A stretch of 64,000 nt of DNA from Podarcis vaucheri. Taxonomy: Eukaryota. The position numbers were made by a program, and so were the translations under genes. Shown piece after piece: positions 1-12,800 of this stretch. Under the pieces are notes generated by a model that was not told the DNA's origin, searched no databases, and saw only the letters and a list, made by a program, of their open reading frames with translations. The stretch is taken from NCBI GenBank assembly GCA_965113315.1, contig OZ220368.1; one strand, written 5' to 3'. Positions within the stretch are counted from its first letter, which is position 1. Each line of letters begins with the position of its first letter.

Positions 1-242
1 TCAGCTTTTTTAGGACCCAGACACAGCCATAGATGCTTATCTTTTTTCAGGACTATGACTAGAGAATTAACCCATTCTATGGGTTCTTCAATGCAGTATT
101 CTCTATGTTTTATATTTATATTTTATTGAAACTTTTCAGTAGAGAAAGAGAATTAAAAGGTGAGGAAAAGTGAACACAAAACAAAATTAAACAAACAAAA
201 AGAAAATTACTTGAAACTGTGGTATAATACAAGCTGTAAATA

Positions 243-263
243 TGTGTGTGTGTGTGTGTGTGT
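243..263. repeat. (TG)n microsatellite
   Basis: About 10 TG units. Confidence 0.9.
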
Positions 264-2040
264 AGAAGTAAAACAATTATTCTAATGAGTATAACAACAT
301 TATGCTTTTCTGTAAATGGATTCCAAATATCCTTATATTTATCCATACACAATCTACGTCTACAAGCAATCTGTATGTTGCAAGTGTAGGAATATCCATC
401 ATTCCAAGGGAGCCATGGTATTATCTTTCTAATGTATCAATATCAGTTTTCTAGCGGAAGCAAGGACACAAAAAGTCCATTTATGTCAACCCATTGCCAA
501 ACCGTATATAGTTGGTTTAGAACTTTCATCTGACAGTTTTTAATTTCCGGCCAAAGTAATATTTAACTTAATACGTTCCTCCAAAAATTTATAAGCATCG
601 GACATTGCATAAAACGTATTTTTTCAAAGCAGCATTTTCCTTATTTCACCTGCAGCAGATTGCTGTTGTATATAGTCGCTTTCTCATCTATCAATTGGTT
701 TAAAGTTAGTACGGTATACCCACATTCATCTAGTTATTCCATACTGCCATTCCTCCCCTCCCACCAAAGTGTTAAAGTAGGATTTCCCCACAAAGTCAGT
801 TTAGAATTGGGGAAATTGTCAAATGCATTTTTATGAGACATAATGTTCCATAGCTTTCTAACTGAAAAAAGTGCATCAGGCAAATCCTGGGTTTTAGTGT
901 ATTTTGATCCCTAATAAAAGACCTGACCTATATATGTATATTCTAGGATTGTTCATGTCAGAAAAGTATCACTAGTTTTGGGTTTCCAGTAACTAGTATT
1001 TGACAATAAGTAAGCTTGGTGATATAATTTCAATTTTGGAATGCCAAATACTCCTTGTTTAATTTGTACTTGCATTTTTAATAACAGTAATCTTGGGAGT
1101 TGAAGAAGCCCATAGGCATTTCCTTTATAAGGAGGGTTTTTTTTAAGAAATATTTTATCAGAATATGAACTGGAATTCCTTTCAGAATATAGTTTAGTCT
1201 GGGAATAATATTCATTTTGAGAAGATTCACCCTTCCTCAAAGGGTAAGTACCTCCCATCTATTAATATCTAAAGAAACCTTTTTGATTATTTTATTAATA
1301 TTACATAACTTGGTTATGTCCTTTGGTATTAAAATACCTATATATTTAATGGATTTTGAACAAATATGGAATTTCGATTTCTTAAAAGTGAGCACCTTTT
1401 CACCTATTGGCATCAATTCTGATTTAAGCCAGTTAATAGAGTAGCCAGTAAATTTGACCAAAAGTATATTGTTTGCATCAGCCTTAGTATACTAAGTAGC
1501 CTTAGTGTGAGATTTTGTAATAAACAAAAGTATATCATTCACAAGTAAAACCAAATTATATTCAGCTGAGTTGTGAACTGTTCTGCAAATCTCACTAAGT
1601 TGTCTAATACCACAGGCCAAATGTTCTAAGCAGATATTAAACAAAAAGGGGATAGGAAGCATCCTCATCTAGTTCCTCTATATAGGGGAAAGGTTTTCGA
1701 CATAATGCCATTTTGATATACCATATGATATACCTCCTGATGTAGGTATATCATATGGTATCATGATTCAAAGGAAACCAGAATCTCTTTAATGCATGCT
1801 GGATATAATGTTTATAAATTTTATCAAAAGCTTTTTCAGCATCTAATGATAAGATAACAAATTGGTCTTTATTTTTAATTCTATTAAATCTATTACTGGT
1901 CTAATATTGTATTGTATGTTTGCCTAGGTTTTTTTTTATATAAATCCTGCCTGATCATTTCTTATTATAGACAATATCACTACTTGTACTCTATTTGCCA
2001 AAATTTTTGTTAAAATCTTTATATCAATGTTGATCATTTA
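250..2040 (-). mobile_element. Degraded, 5'-truncated L1-clade LINE (ORF2 RT and C-terminal region)
   Basis: Minus-strand fragments read as L1 ORF2 motifs: NIDIKI...NDQAGFI, DAEKAFD, RGTR*G..LSP.LFNI, FTGYSINWLKSE...IKYIGI, GRVNLLKMNIIPRL, and terminal IWNPF. Many stops and frameshifts; ends approximate. Confidence 0.85.
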
Positions 2041-2730
2041 CAAAATGAGGAGTTTCTGTTAAAAGGTGTTTATTGTTCAGTTTTTTAGGCGACAAACGTA
2101 TGCACACATATTTGGGCATAAATGCCATTTTCTTTCCTCTTGCCTTACTATTCATTTGTTATGGATACAAAAATATGCAACTATGTTTACTACCTGCAAG
2201 ATCAGGACCAGAGCCAGATCAAGACCGTTAGAGGTCCTGAGCACCAAAAAGCTTATGGTACCTCCCAAATATAATTCAAAATAAAAACAACACTAAACCA
2301 TAAAATAAGATTTTATCGGTTAAATTTCATCCTGTCTCTTATTTCAGTTATCTGAAACTAACATGGCAGGCTAAGGCTGTTTAAATCTCACCAGTTGTAA
2401 TGTGGAGGGCAGTGGGGAATGAATAAATAGAAGTTGATTCATTCAACAGATAATTGTTGGTGTGAACAGGAGTTAATAGTACAATTAAGATGAATTTTGC
2501 AATTTTGCGAATCATTGCTCACTGTTCAGAATGAAAAGATGAAGTAATGATTGTGCTATAATCATTTCCCCACTGGTCATGTGCCACTGCTTTGGATTTT
2601 ATTTATTTATTTTCACCTTTGATGCCCAAAATGAAGACTAGGTAAGTTCAGTGACTACTAAAGCCTCTGAATAATGGGAACTCAGGGCATTGGGTTAAAT
2701 CTGAACATATTATCTGTTAAAGAACTAATT

Positions 2731-2814
2731 GTTGTTGTTGTTGTTTAGTCATTTAGTTGTGCCCGAATCTTCGTGTCCCCATGGACCAGAGCACGCCAGG
2801 CACTTCTGTCTTCA
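2731..2814 (-). mobile_element. Bov-B/RTE LINE extreme 3' end (84 bp) with (CAA)n tail and 12-bp TSD
   Basis: gttgttgttgttgtttagtcatttagttgtgcccgaatcttcgtgtccccatggaccagagcacgccaggcac resembles the reverse complement of the squamate Bov-B 3' end. Flanked by AAAGAACTAATT at 2719-2730 and 2815-2826. Confidence 0.8.
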
Positions 2815-3019
2815 AAAGAACTAATTAGCTGAGTTTAAATAATTATGCTTTATTATGAATCTTTTATACCAGAATGAGACACTTAAAAATTGAAATTTTA
2901 CTCTTCTCAATTATGTCCATCTCATAGGTTCCTCAGACTTAGTTAGACTTGAACCTGGAAACAAGGACACCAGGAGAAAGTTGCACAACACAGAGCCAAC
3001 AGTTCCAGTTTTAAACTAA

Positions 3020-3830
3020 TATCCTCCCAACAGGAAGTGCTAGCTGAGACCCGGAAGTCATTCTGGCGACTTCCCGGAAGCTGTAAACTGACACGCTCGA
3101 GCAAAAAAAGCCTACTTCCGGTGGCGCGTGGAAAGGAAGCAAGAAGGAACGTGGCGGAAGTTGATAGGGAAGAAAGCACCTGCTAGTGGTGCCTAGCAAT
3201 AAGCGCACCGGAGACGGATCCAGTAGCTTCGACGGAAGCTCCCCGAAGCCGGAAGTACGTCACAAGGTTGGGCTCAGACTAATACACTAGCGGCGGGGGT
3301 AGGGGGAAGTTAACAGCGGGGAAGCGACTGAGGCATTGGGTTTTCCTCGTCGTTATGTCCCGACTGCCTCAGGGGGCAGCTCAGAGCCAGGACAGGAAGG
3401 GCGAGGGGCACGAGGGGTCCGGAGCTTCCGCCGCCTCGCCCTGGTGAGTAGTGGGCTTCGCAGCTCCCTCAGGTCTGCCTTATTTTGGGGGGCGGGCGGC
3501 GGGTTAGAGCGCTGGGAAGTATCGGGTTCCGGAGCCTTTCGGCGGGGGAGGGGATGCCCGCGGCGGAGACGTGAAACTGAGGGGGGGGGGACAAAGCCTT
3601 TGTTTCCGCGACGACGTTGTCTGGCCCTCGCGCTGTAACTACCACAGCGCCGCGTAGCGTTGGGTTCCTGCACTGCGCGCTCTTGGATGCCCCCTGGCGG
3701 CTTCTTGGGCTTAAAACAGCTGAAGCAGGAAACCCGCCGCTCTTCCGCTTGCCTCGGTGAAAGCGCGACCAGCCTTTGTGGGTGGTTTCCCCCAGGTAAG
3801 AGTTACGGGGAAGGTTCTTGTCCTTCGCCA
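3020..3830 (+). promoter_or_regulatory. LRIF1 CpG-island promoter with a cluster of ETS/GABP-type (CC/GCGGAAGT) sites
   Basis: CpG-rich. CCGGAAGT at 3051 and ~3249, ACTTCCGG at ~3114, GCGGAAGT at ~3154, CAGGAAGT at 3031. Contains LRIF1 exon 1. Confidence 0.8.
3355..3443 (+). CDS. LRIF1: LRIF1 coding exon 1 (MSRLPQGAAQSQDRKGEGHEGSGASAASP+TG)
   Basis: ATG in the CpG island, donor TG|gtgagt at 3444. The phase-2 end joins T at 7551 to give Cys, at the same position as the mammalian exon 1/2 junction. Confidence 0.75.
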
Positions 3831-6800
3831 CCAGAGAGAGAGAGAATGAATGAATGAATGCGTGTGAGGCAGTAACAAGGCATCACAGGCTGTCAACCAA
3901 AATTGTGCCCTGCCCCAGCTCTGCTGGTAGTGGTTAAGCAAAATAATAATGGATAAAAAAATTTATCTGGACTTCAGTGGTGTCATAAAACTAGCCTCTG
4001 AAACTGGTTTCATTACCTTGCTCTGATTTCTTGTTTTGTTACACTGTTTCTATACCGCTTAATAGGTAGAACGTATCTCTAAGCACTATACACAAGAAGA
4101 CTGAAATAACATTTTTTTAAAAAAACAAACAAACTATACTTAATTACAAAAATACAGTTGACATATCCACATATACAGGTAGCATGTCCACTGAGTCTTC
4201 TGGTCAGGAGGTGCTGTTGCTGGATGCCAGATCAGTCCATAATAAAACCATAATAAAATGATTTGATTGGGGATGAGCGGGCTCATCTGGCTTGCATTAC
4301 CAAGACTTGGGTGAGTGAGTTGTGTGGACTGGACCTTACCCAGCTCTGCCCATCTGGGTTTTCATTACTGCTCCAAGCAGACCAAGTAGGGGGTCAAGGT
4401 GGGGGAGTTAACCCTTGTCTATAAGGACACCATCTCCTTGACCAGGGATGGCCAAGGAGATGTTTGGTGTTGGGATACACAGATTGGGGATGCTGTTAGT
4501 CTACTGACTGCCCTGTTGCCCAGCAGTATCTCTGATAGGCTGGCTAAGGGTAGTCTCTGGGATATTGTTGGAAGACCCTAAAATGATAATTCATGGTGAC
4601 TTCAGTATCCACATGGAGGATGCTGTCAGGCAAGCTCAATAGTTCACGGCCTCTATTACAACCATGAGTCTCTCTTAGATGGTTATCGGTCCAGCATACC
4701 AGGAAGGGCACACCTGTGATGTGATCTTTATCCAAGTGATATGAGGGATGGACTGAAGATGCAATACACTCCGCTGTCATGGTCAGACCATTATATGGTT
4801 AAGTTTGGACTGACAATGGCAGTTCCCTGCCCTCTGTAAGGGTGGTGAGCCCATTTGAATATCCCACCCTTGGAGACTGATGGAACTGGATGTGTTCTGG
4901 AGTGCTCTGGGAGATTTTCCAGTGGAAAAAGCTGGTGATCCTATTGAAGCCCTGGTTTCACTATGGAATGATGAGATGAAATGGTTGACACAGTGGCTCA
5001 TTTTGCAGCTCGTATTGTGTCCTCTACTAGCTGCCCAGCTCACACAGTCTAGAGGTGACTAACTCCCTGTATGGGGAAGGGACCTCTGGAACCCTTTGAG
5101 GTCAAAGTCGGTAAACTTTGGTGTGATATTGACTCTTCACTTGCTGCAGCTCTGGTTTTAGTACCCAGTGTTGCTATTGAGGTTGTATTGTGGGATCAGT
5201 GTTACCTTATGCAATCAGTTGATGTGGACAAGGTGCTGGTGGCAGTGCCTCTGACCATGTGCCATCTCAACTCCTGTCCCTCCTGGTTTATCAAATCTAC
5301 CAGAGGGGGATGACTAGTTGGGTTCAGAGTGTGGTTAACGCTTTGCTATGTGAGGGGGTGGTTCTTTCTGCTTTGAAAGAGGCAGTGGTGTGAGTCACTC
5401 ATGTGACCACTCCTAACAAAACCAGCTCTGGGCCCTTCCTTTTAGTGTTAGAAACTGGGATAGAAAAGCTAGGAGCCAAATGGCTTCTGGGACCTGGGTT
5501 ATAGGCACCAAAACAGAATGTCTAGTCATCACGGGGTGGGTGGGTGGGTTGGCAACACTTTTTATTTATTACTTTGAGAAGCATGAATTAATACGCAAGT
5601 CACATAAGTGACACATTTTTAGCAGAAAATGTGAACACATGTTTAATTTAGTGTTTACAATAAAAATATTGGGACCATACTTCCGTTTTCAAAACACTCT
5701 ATACTCTTTATTGTTAAACTCCTTAACTTATTATCTATTCTTAACATTTACTTTGAGGCTTCAAAGCATAAACATTTCAGTAATCCTTGAGTGTCAGCCA
5801 GGTGCAAAAAATGGCACCCAGACTTTTTGAGGTGCTCGCAAATGGAGAACCTTTAGGCGCAAAATGTGCCTGGCGCCCTGCTAATTTCAAACCCTAAACT
5901 TCCTTTAGATTGGAACAGCTATCAGCCAATTGCCAATTCCTGTTTTGGGGGGAAGGTGCAGATCTGCACTGTTTGCCCATTTGCTATTGGGTAAAGTTCA
6001 AGGTGTTACTGTTAGTATATAAAGTTCTTAACAACTTGAGACCAATTTGCCTATGAGATCGCCTTGCCCTACATGTATTTACTTGACCACTTTGATCGGT
6101 GGAATTGGTACTGCTACAGGTGACAAATAATACCCGTTTCACATTTGTAAGGATTCTTTGGTGTGGCAGCACCTACATTTTTGAACTCGCTGCCTATTGA
6201 GATCAAGCATGTGCCTTCACTATGCTATTTCCAGTGCCTGCTAAAAACATTCCTGTTTTGACACACTTACTCAGATGCTTAGAAAGCTGAAGTAATTTTA
6301 ATTTGTTTTAGTTTGTTAACTTGCGTTTTAAAATAGCATTGTAATTTGTTCTTGATTTGTGTTATTGTTTGTAATCTGCTTTGAGGTTGTTTTTAATCAA
6401 GTGGCGTATAGATTGTATTAAATAAATAAATAAACATTAGCCACCCCTCTACTCACACTTCTTTCTCCACAGTTCTGCCCCTTTCTCCTCCAGCTGCTTT
6501 ATTGTACCATAGAGAGGGCTTGCTTTTATGGAGAGGCACCAAGGGAGATGGCATTTCCTCGGCTACCCACAGTTGTGCCCCATTAAGCAGTCAGCCGCAC
6601 TCTGCACCCACAGCTTCAGGTGCAGAAGGTTTGGTGAGTTTCCCAGAGTCCCAAGGATGGAAAAAGGACACCCCACCACCCCAGTTTTCTCTGCAGCCTC
6701 TGCCCCTTCTCCAGCTGCTTTCATTCCATTCTCTTGCTCTAGTAGTGCCTTGAAGATAACAGGGGCTTCTCAAGTGCACAAGAACATTTTTTTAAAATAA

Positions 6801-9800
6801 TGACCTCCCAGTGTGTTTCGAGTTGTTCCTTAGGAGCACTTTTGAACAACTAGTTTGAACCTGTTATCTACACACTGTTGCAATTGACTGTTCAAGAGTG
6901 TCCCTGAGAATATATTAGATCCATAAATAGATCTTGAACACTTGGAGGCGGTCTTCCTTCTTTTTCCTGCAATTGGTACCTTCCCATTTTTCTTTTCTGC
7001 CTCAAAAATAAATGGCAAACTGAATGAGGCAGGTGACCATCTTTCTTTGGAAAGGGGAGCCCTTCCTTTCTGCACCTTTTATTACAGTGTGCTTTCCTCT
7101 GTTGCTTCAGTATTGTAGATTGAATGAGTGAATCTGTTAGGCTTGGTGTCTTTTTCTCGACAGAAATTTATGTGCCTTCAGCAAGGGCACTGAAGGCAGA
7201 AATTATCCCATCTCTAGTAAGGAGCACCTTTTAATTTTTTTACCTGGCATGTAGCTGTATAAAGGCTTCCATTGGAAAAAAAATCTGATGACCTTCAACA
7301 GCTAATTAAGAGAGAAAGTGGTTCTCCTAGTGATCAGTGATGAAGCATGCCATGTTGTTATGACTATAAGCTAACAAATAACACAAATTACACTGGTTTT
7401 GCCTTCCAAATTAGCCAAGATGCTTTTCAGTTGGCTTTTCAGATAAGCCTCTGATATGTTCAGTGTAGATGTACCATTCACAGTACATAGTTTAATGCGA
7501 AATAATAGTGTATGAGTGATAGTTATTTACGTGACGTTTTCCCCTTCAAGTGTTACAGGTCATATATACAAAGTAGTTCACACTACTGGTCTGGATGGAA
7601 AAAACCTTCTGGAATTGCTTCCACTTTCTAAACGTATAGGAAACATTGTGTCGTTGGTTCAGCCACCAGTCATATCTGATGCTAAAGGGGAAGACTCCAT
7701 GTCTGGTCATAGTCATCTTAAGGACCTGTTTACAAATATAACTCCGTCTTCATTTGTTAAAGCTCCTGAACTTAATACAGCTACTCCTGGAAAATTAATT
7801 TTACCAAAGCCATTGGAAGAAATGGAAAATAAGGAAGTAGCTCCTCTTGCAAAAGAGAACCCAACTACGCAATCAACTTCTACCATTCACAGCAGTTATC
7901 ATTCAGCTGATAATTCCTGGGAAAAGGATGCTACTCTAGTTTCCCCACACAAGAGCAGTGCAGAATATGTACCTGTGAATAAAAAACTCCCAGTTACTGT
8001 GAAGAGTCCTGTAGTGCCCTCTGGACATCACCTCCAAATACCAGCACACGCAGAAGTAAAATCTGTCCCAGCTTCTTTTTTGCCTCCAACAATTCAACAG
8101 AAGATACTGGCCACAGCAGCCTCAAATGCCTTTAGAACATGTGAAGTTACAAATGCATCAACTGTTATATATGTGTCGCCAGTAAATACAGTGAAAACAC
8201 ATTCAAAACCATTGCCAAATTTATGTCCACAGCCTGTCGGGGAAGTATCAAAATCTTTGGTGCTGACAATGGCACAAACAGCAGCCAGTAGTTCTGCCCT
8301 GGTAACGTCTGATAGCCTGGGAAACCAGTCATCTCCTATGAAGTGGGTTGTTGAAGAAAACCCACAATCAGCATCCTGCCTTGTTCCTGTAAAGTCGTCA
8401 AACAGCGTGGCATCAAATATCTTAAAAACATTGGTTAATCCTGAAGATGGAATAAACAACCCTGCCAGTATTCTGCCTACATGTTCGAACAACCTGAATG
8501 AAAGCCAAGCAAAAATGCCCTCGATTAATGATAATGCTCTGGTGATGTTCAATGGGAAGGTGTATTTACTGACTAAGAAAGAGTCCACTGTGACATCAGC
8601 AAGCAAATGTGGCAGCCAAGTATCATTCGGTGCTGAAACACATTTCAGAAAAAATTCATTACAGTTCATTAATTCAGCTGCAGATAGTACAATAACCAAC
8701 CAAGTTGTCAATTTAGTATTGTCGAAGAACAAAGGAATTGCCCCTTATGCAAAGGATCCAAAATCCAGTGAGAATATGAGACTTTTCCCACAGTCTGAAC
8801 TAAAGGATTTTAAAGTTATGTCTCCATCTTTCACACCACCACATGGGAATCTGCAAGTAAGCAGCACCAGCCAACCTGAGGCAGTGTCCACACCGGAAAA
8901 CGTCCTAGCTGGAGGAAATGTTGCTAAAATATCAGTCACAAAAGAAAGGATAAAGGATTGCTTACAGAAAATTATTCCTCCAAAAGTGCCTGCTGCTGCT
9001 TTAAAGCCATCTACAAGGCATGGTACTTCTGAAGACCAAGATCGAAAGGTAACTTTCTCGCTAGAGTAAATTGTACCAATGGTACAATTGTCTTTGATTT
9101 GAAGTGTCAGTTGCCTTAAATGAGTACTGTTACATAATTATTTTGATAGGGATGATTTTAATAGGCTATCTGACAAGTGAGAGTAAAAAAAAATGAAACT
9201 GGTTTTCATTGCCTGCTGCCTCAAGCCTTTCACTGAAAAGAAATAAAATCTGAACCATCAGCTGTTGTAAGGTTCTGTGTTTCTCCAACAAAAAATACTT
9301 TGTTGATGTCTATAGTACTAAGATACAGAGGCACTGAAATAGAGCTACCATGCAAGCTTCCAAGCTGTTGGGGCTAGGTGTACTGCTTGCCCTGGGCAAT
9401 TTTGATATTTAATCCAAAGGGGCAATGTTCTGGCAGTTCGGAAGGGGTCCTGTTTGTTTACTTGGGGCAGTATTGAACTAAATAATTGTGCAAACACAAG
9501 GATTACGATAGTGTAACAGGACTTCCACCCCTCTCCTCCCAGTACATGTACCCTGCACTGTCCCCAGATTTGTTCTGGAAGGATGTGGAAACCACTAAAA
9601 TATATTTAAGAGGGGGAGCGCATTCTGTTACATTCAATACAACCCCATAGCTATTTATTATTTATACATATATATGTGGAAGGCAATTCACAAATACACC
9701 CCAAAGCGATTTACAGTCATATCCTTAAAAAGAGCTAACATAATTTTTAAAAGCATACAAAACAATACAGATTTAAAAACAACACACAATGAACACCTAA

Positions 9801-12800
9801 AGAAGAGACCTTTCAATCTAGCTGGAAAACCTTGTCAAAAGAAAAATGTCTTCATTTGTTTCCAAAAAGTACAGATAGATGCACTGGAGAAGGAAGTTAA
9901 AAAAGAAGTTAGTTTTCCTTAAGCTACAAACCAGCATTCACAAATAGCAAGTGTCCAAGGCTATCCAATTCTAGGGCTATCACTTACAGTAGGCTGGGGA
10001 ACCTGTGGCCCTTCAGATGTTGGACTGCCATCATTCCCTGATGACTTGGCCATGCTGGCTGGGTCTATTATGAGTTGGAGTCCAACACCACCTGGAGTAT
10101 CATGGATTGCCTGTCCACTGGCAGCTGCTAATGGATTAAGCTTCAGCACATGTTCCTTTGTAACCTTTTTTCAGCCACAGACAATCTTCCAGGGGCCTTA
10201 TACCAGTGGCGGGCAGGTTCAGAGGTAAACTGAGTGGATCCAGAAGCAAAATGAGTTCAGTAACAGTTGTTACAGTAGTTACAGTTTCACCACATAAAAG
10301 CCAGAGGTTTCTACATGCAAACATTTCTCCATCCAGGTGAGCAGTAGGCATTATCATTGCTCAATTACATGTTCCTTCCAGACAAAACCACTCATGAAGG
10401 CTATGGAACAGGGCTAGTAAGGGGTCTGGCTTGAAGAGGAGCGTGACTTGGGTGCTGGATTGAGAGTCCTGGAGCCCCCCCAAAATTAAAGCTTTGTGTA
10501 CAATACCCTTAATCATAGTGATGTTCTGGCAAGCTTATATAATGAACGTTTATTATTTCAGATGGAGAGGATACTTGCAGGAGTGGCTGCTCAGATCAAA
10601 CAAAGGAAACAGAGAAAACTCTGTCTTGAGTTGAGAAAAAAATTTGGCCTGCATAGAGAAGAGAGAGTATATCTGCGGAGAATTCCTTTATCAGTTATTC
10701 TCAGAAAATCAGAAGTGACTGTGTGTTCCAACAATGTACAGATGAGTGACTCTTGCAAGTTGCCACCGGAAGTACCTATTAAACCTGGACCTGAGGAAGA
10801 GGTATCCGAAATGTTTATGTGTCTCACCATACCAGTTTGTTGTTTGAATTATTTTCATATTCATTGGTATTATTACTCAGTCATTGAAGGTTCTTGCAAT
10901 GATTGGCTGAGCTATTGTTATGTTGCAGTGTTTTCAAAATATTCTAACTGCTGAGCAAGCAGACCAACTTCTGCTTGGTTTGGAATAAACTAATAGGTAT
11001 AGAATGAGCCATGTGGACACGTAGTAAAGCAGAGAAAAATGAATGGAGAAGGGAGAATGAGTATGCTGTGTACAAAAAGAAAAAGAGAATCCCGAGAGGA
11101 TGGGTGGAGTAAATTGGGCAAGGGAAAACAAGTCCAAGAAAGGTAGAGAAAATGAGAAAAGGTATTGTGAAAAATCTTCATGGGGCCCTAGCACTCAAAA
11201 GTAATTTCTATGATTATGTTAACTTGGGAAATATTTTGACATATATTTAAAAGCGACAGCTGGTGCAAAATGCAGCAGCTAGGTTGTTGATTGTGGCACT
11301 CCATCAACACCATAGAAAATATCGGTTGAGGGAGCTGCACAGGCTGCCAATCTGCTAATAAGCGCGGTTCGTTGGTTTTGTTGTTAGCATTTAAAGCCTT
11401 AAACAATTTGGGGCCAGGGTATCTAAGGGACCACCTTGCCCCAGAAATGTGCTTTTTTTACAGGCGGTGACAATTTTGTGCAGGGTGTTCTGTTCACAGC
11501 CCCCACATGCATCAGCGGAGCACATATAAGCGCTCCATACCCCGCCAGGTACATAAGGACCCGCATGTCGGCGATCACACATCAGCAGGACATGCCTAAA
11601 ATGGCCATTACATTTACTAGAAACTGGATTTTTCGTGTTTTGGTTTCAACCCTCTGAAATCAGTTACTAGCTGAAATTAGACAGCCTAGTGTCACGATGT
11701 TTGGTCGCCTACTTAAATCATTTTTAAGAAGCCTTTCTCTGAAGTCACTGGTTGAACAATAGTGTATCTGAATAAATAGCTTTATTGTTTTTAAATTTTT
11801 GGAAATATTTTAGAAGAAATGGCTTTAATGTTTTAGAATTTGTAGAGATTGTAGTATTATTTTCTGGAGTGATTTGTTTTTAGAACTCATGTTTTATTCT
11901 GGTTTTTATATTGCACACTACTTGGTTGGCTTTATGCTATGAAGTGGTTTATGAATTTGTTAATAAATAAAATTAACAAAAATTGGTACAGGTTCAGTAG
12001 ATTTTAGGAATGTAGGTCAGAATTTTAGGAAAATCTAGCCCAGTATTGTCCAGGTATTGGTTGGGACTTTCTGCATGCTCTACTTCTGAGCTGCAGTCCC
12101 TCCTGAGCTTTGGAAGTGAGTGGCAGTAAGGGGGGGGGGATAACATTAATGAATTTTACTATTACTAAAAAAAAAAAACCACATGATTTGTGAGTAGGGC
12201 ATATTCCACGATACTAGGTGGATATTTTCATACAAATCTAACCCACTCCTTTTCCACTGATACTGAAAACTATCATTGCCTATAGTGGTTTATACAATCC
12301 CAAGGCATGGAATATGTTGGTGGTAGTTAAGCAATTAGAATAGTTCAAGTTATAAAATAGCTTTGTGGACTATATATTTTATTTTTTTGAATAATTATAA
12401 TGTCGCAATAATATAGTATTACCTAATATTCTTCTCCCCCCCCCTTACAGATAACTGAGGAACAGGAGGAAGAGTTGAATATAAAGAGGAAGGCAAAAAT
12501 GCTACCAATACAAGAAAATACAAAGAAGCAGAAAACAGAAATACAATCTATACCAAAGCCAAATTTGAAATGTGGCAACTCTGACTCAGTAGTGGATAAC
12601 CTGAGTAGCTCTTGCACACAACTTGTATCAGAGCAAGGAAATCCTACAAGCATTCTGCAGTTCTCTCAAAGGGTGGACCCACACTCAAATCTTTGTGTTC
12701 AAAGTAATGAAGAGAACAAAATTTCAACCTCAGCTTTACACTACAGTGAACATGAAACTCCTTTAAGCAAGGGTACTTTCAGAGAAGATTTTTCATTTAA

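Noticed and set aside
8094-8732. 212-aa minus-strand ORF
   Set aside because: Antisense shadow of LRIF1 exon 2; no recognisable protein.
10802-12450. LRIF1 intron 3 donor GTATCC as a U12 intron
   Set aside because: The donor continues GA rather than TT, there is no TCCTTAAC branch site, and a normal pyrimidine tract is present. Read as a weak U2 donor.
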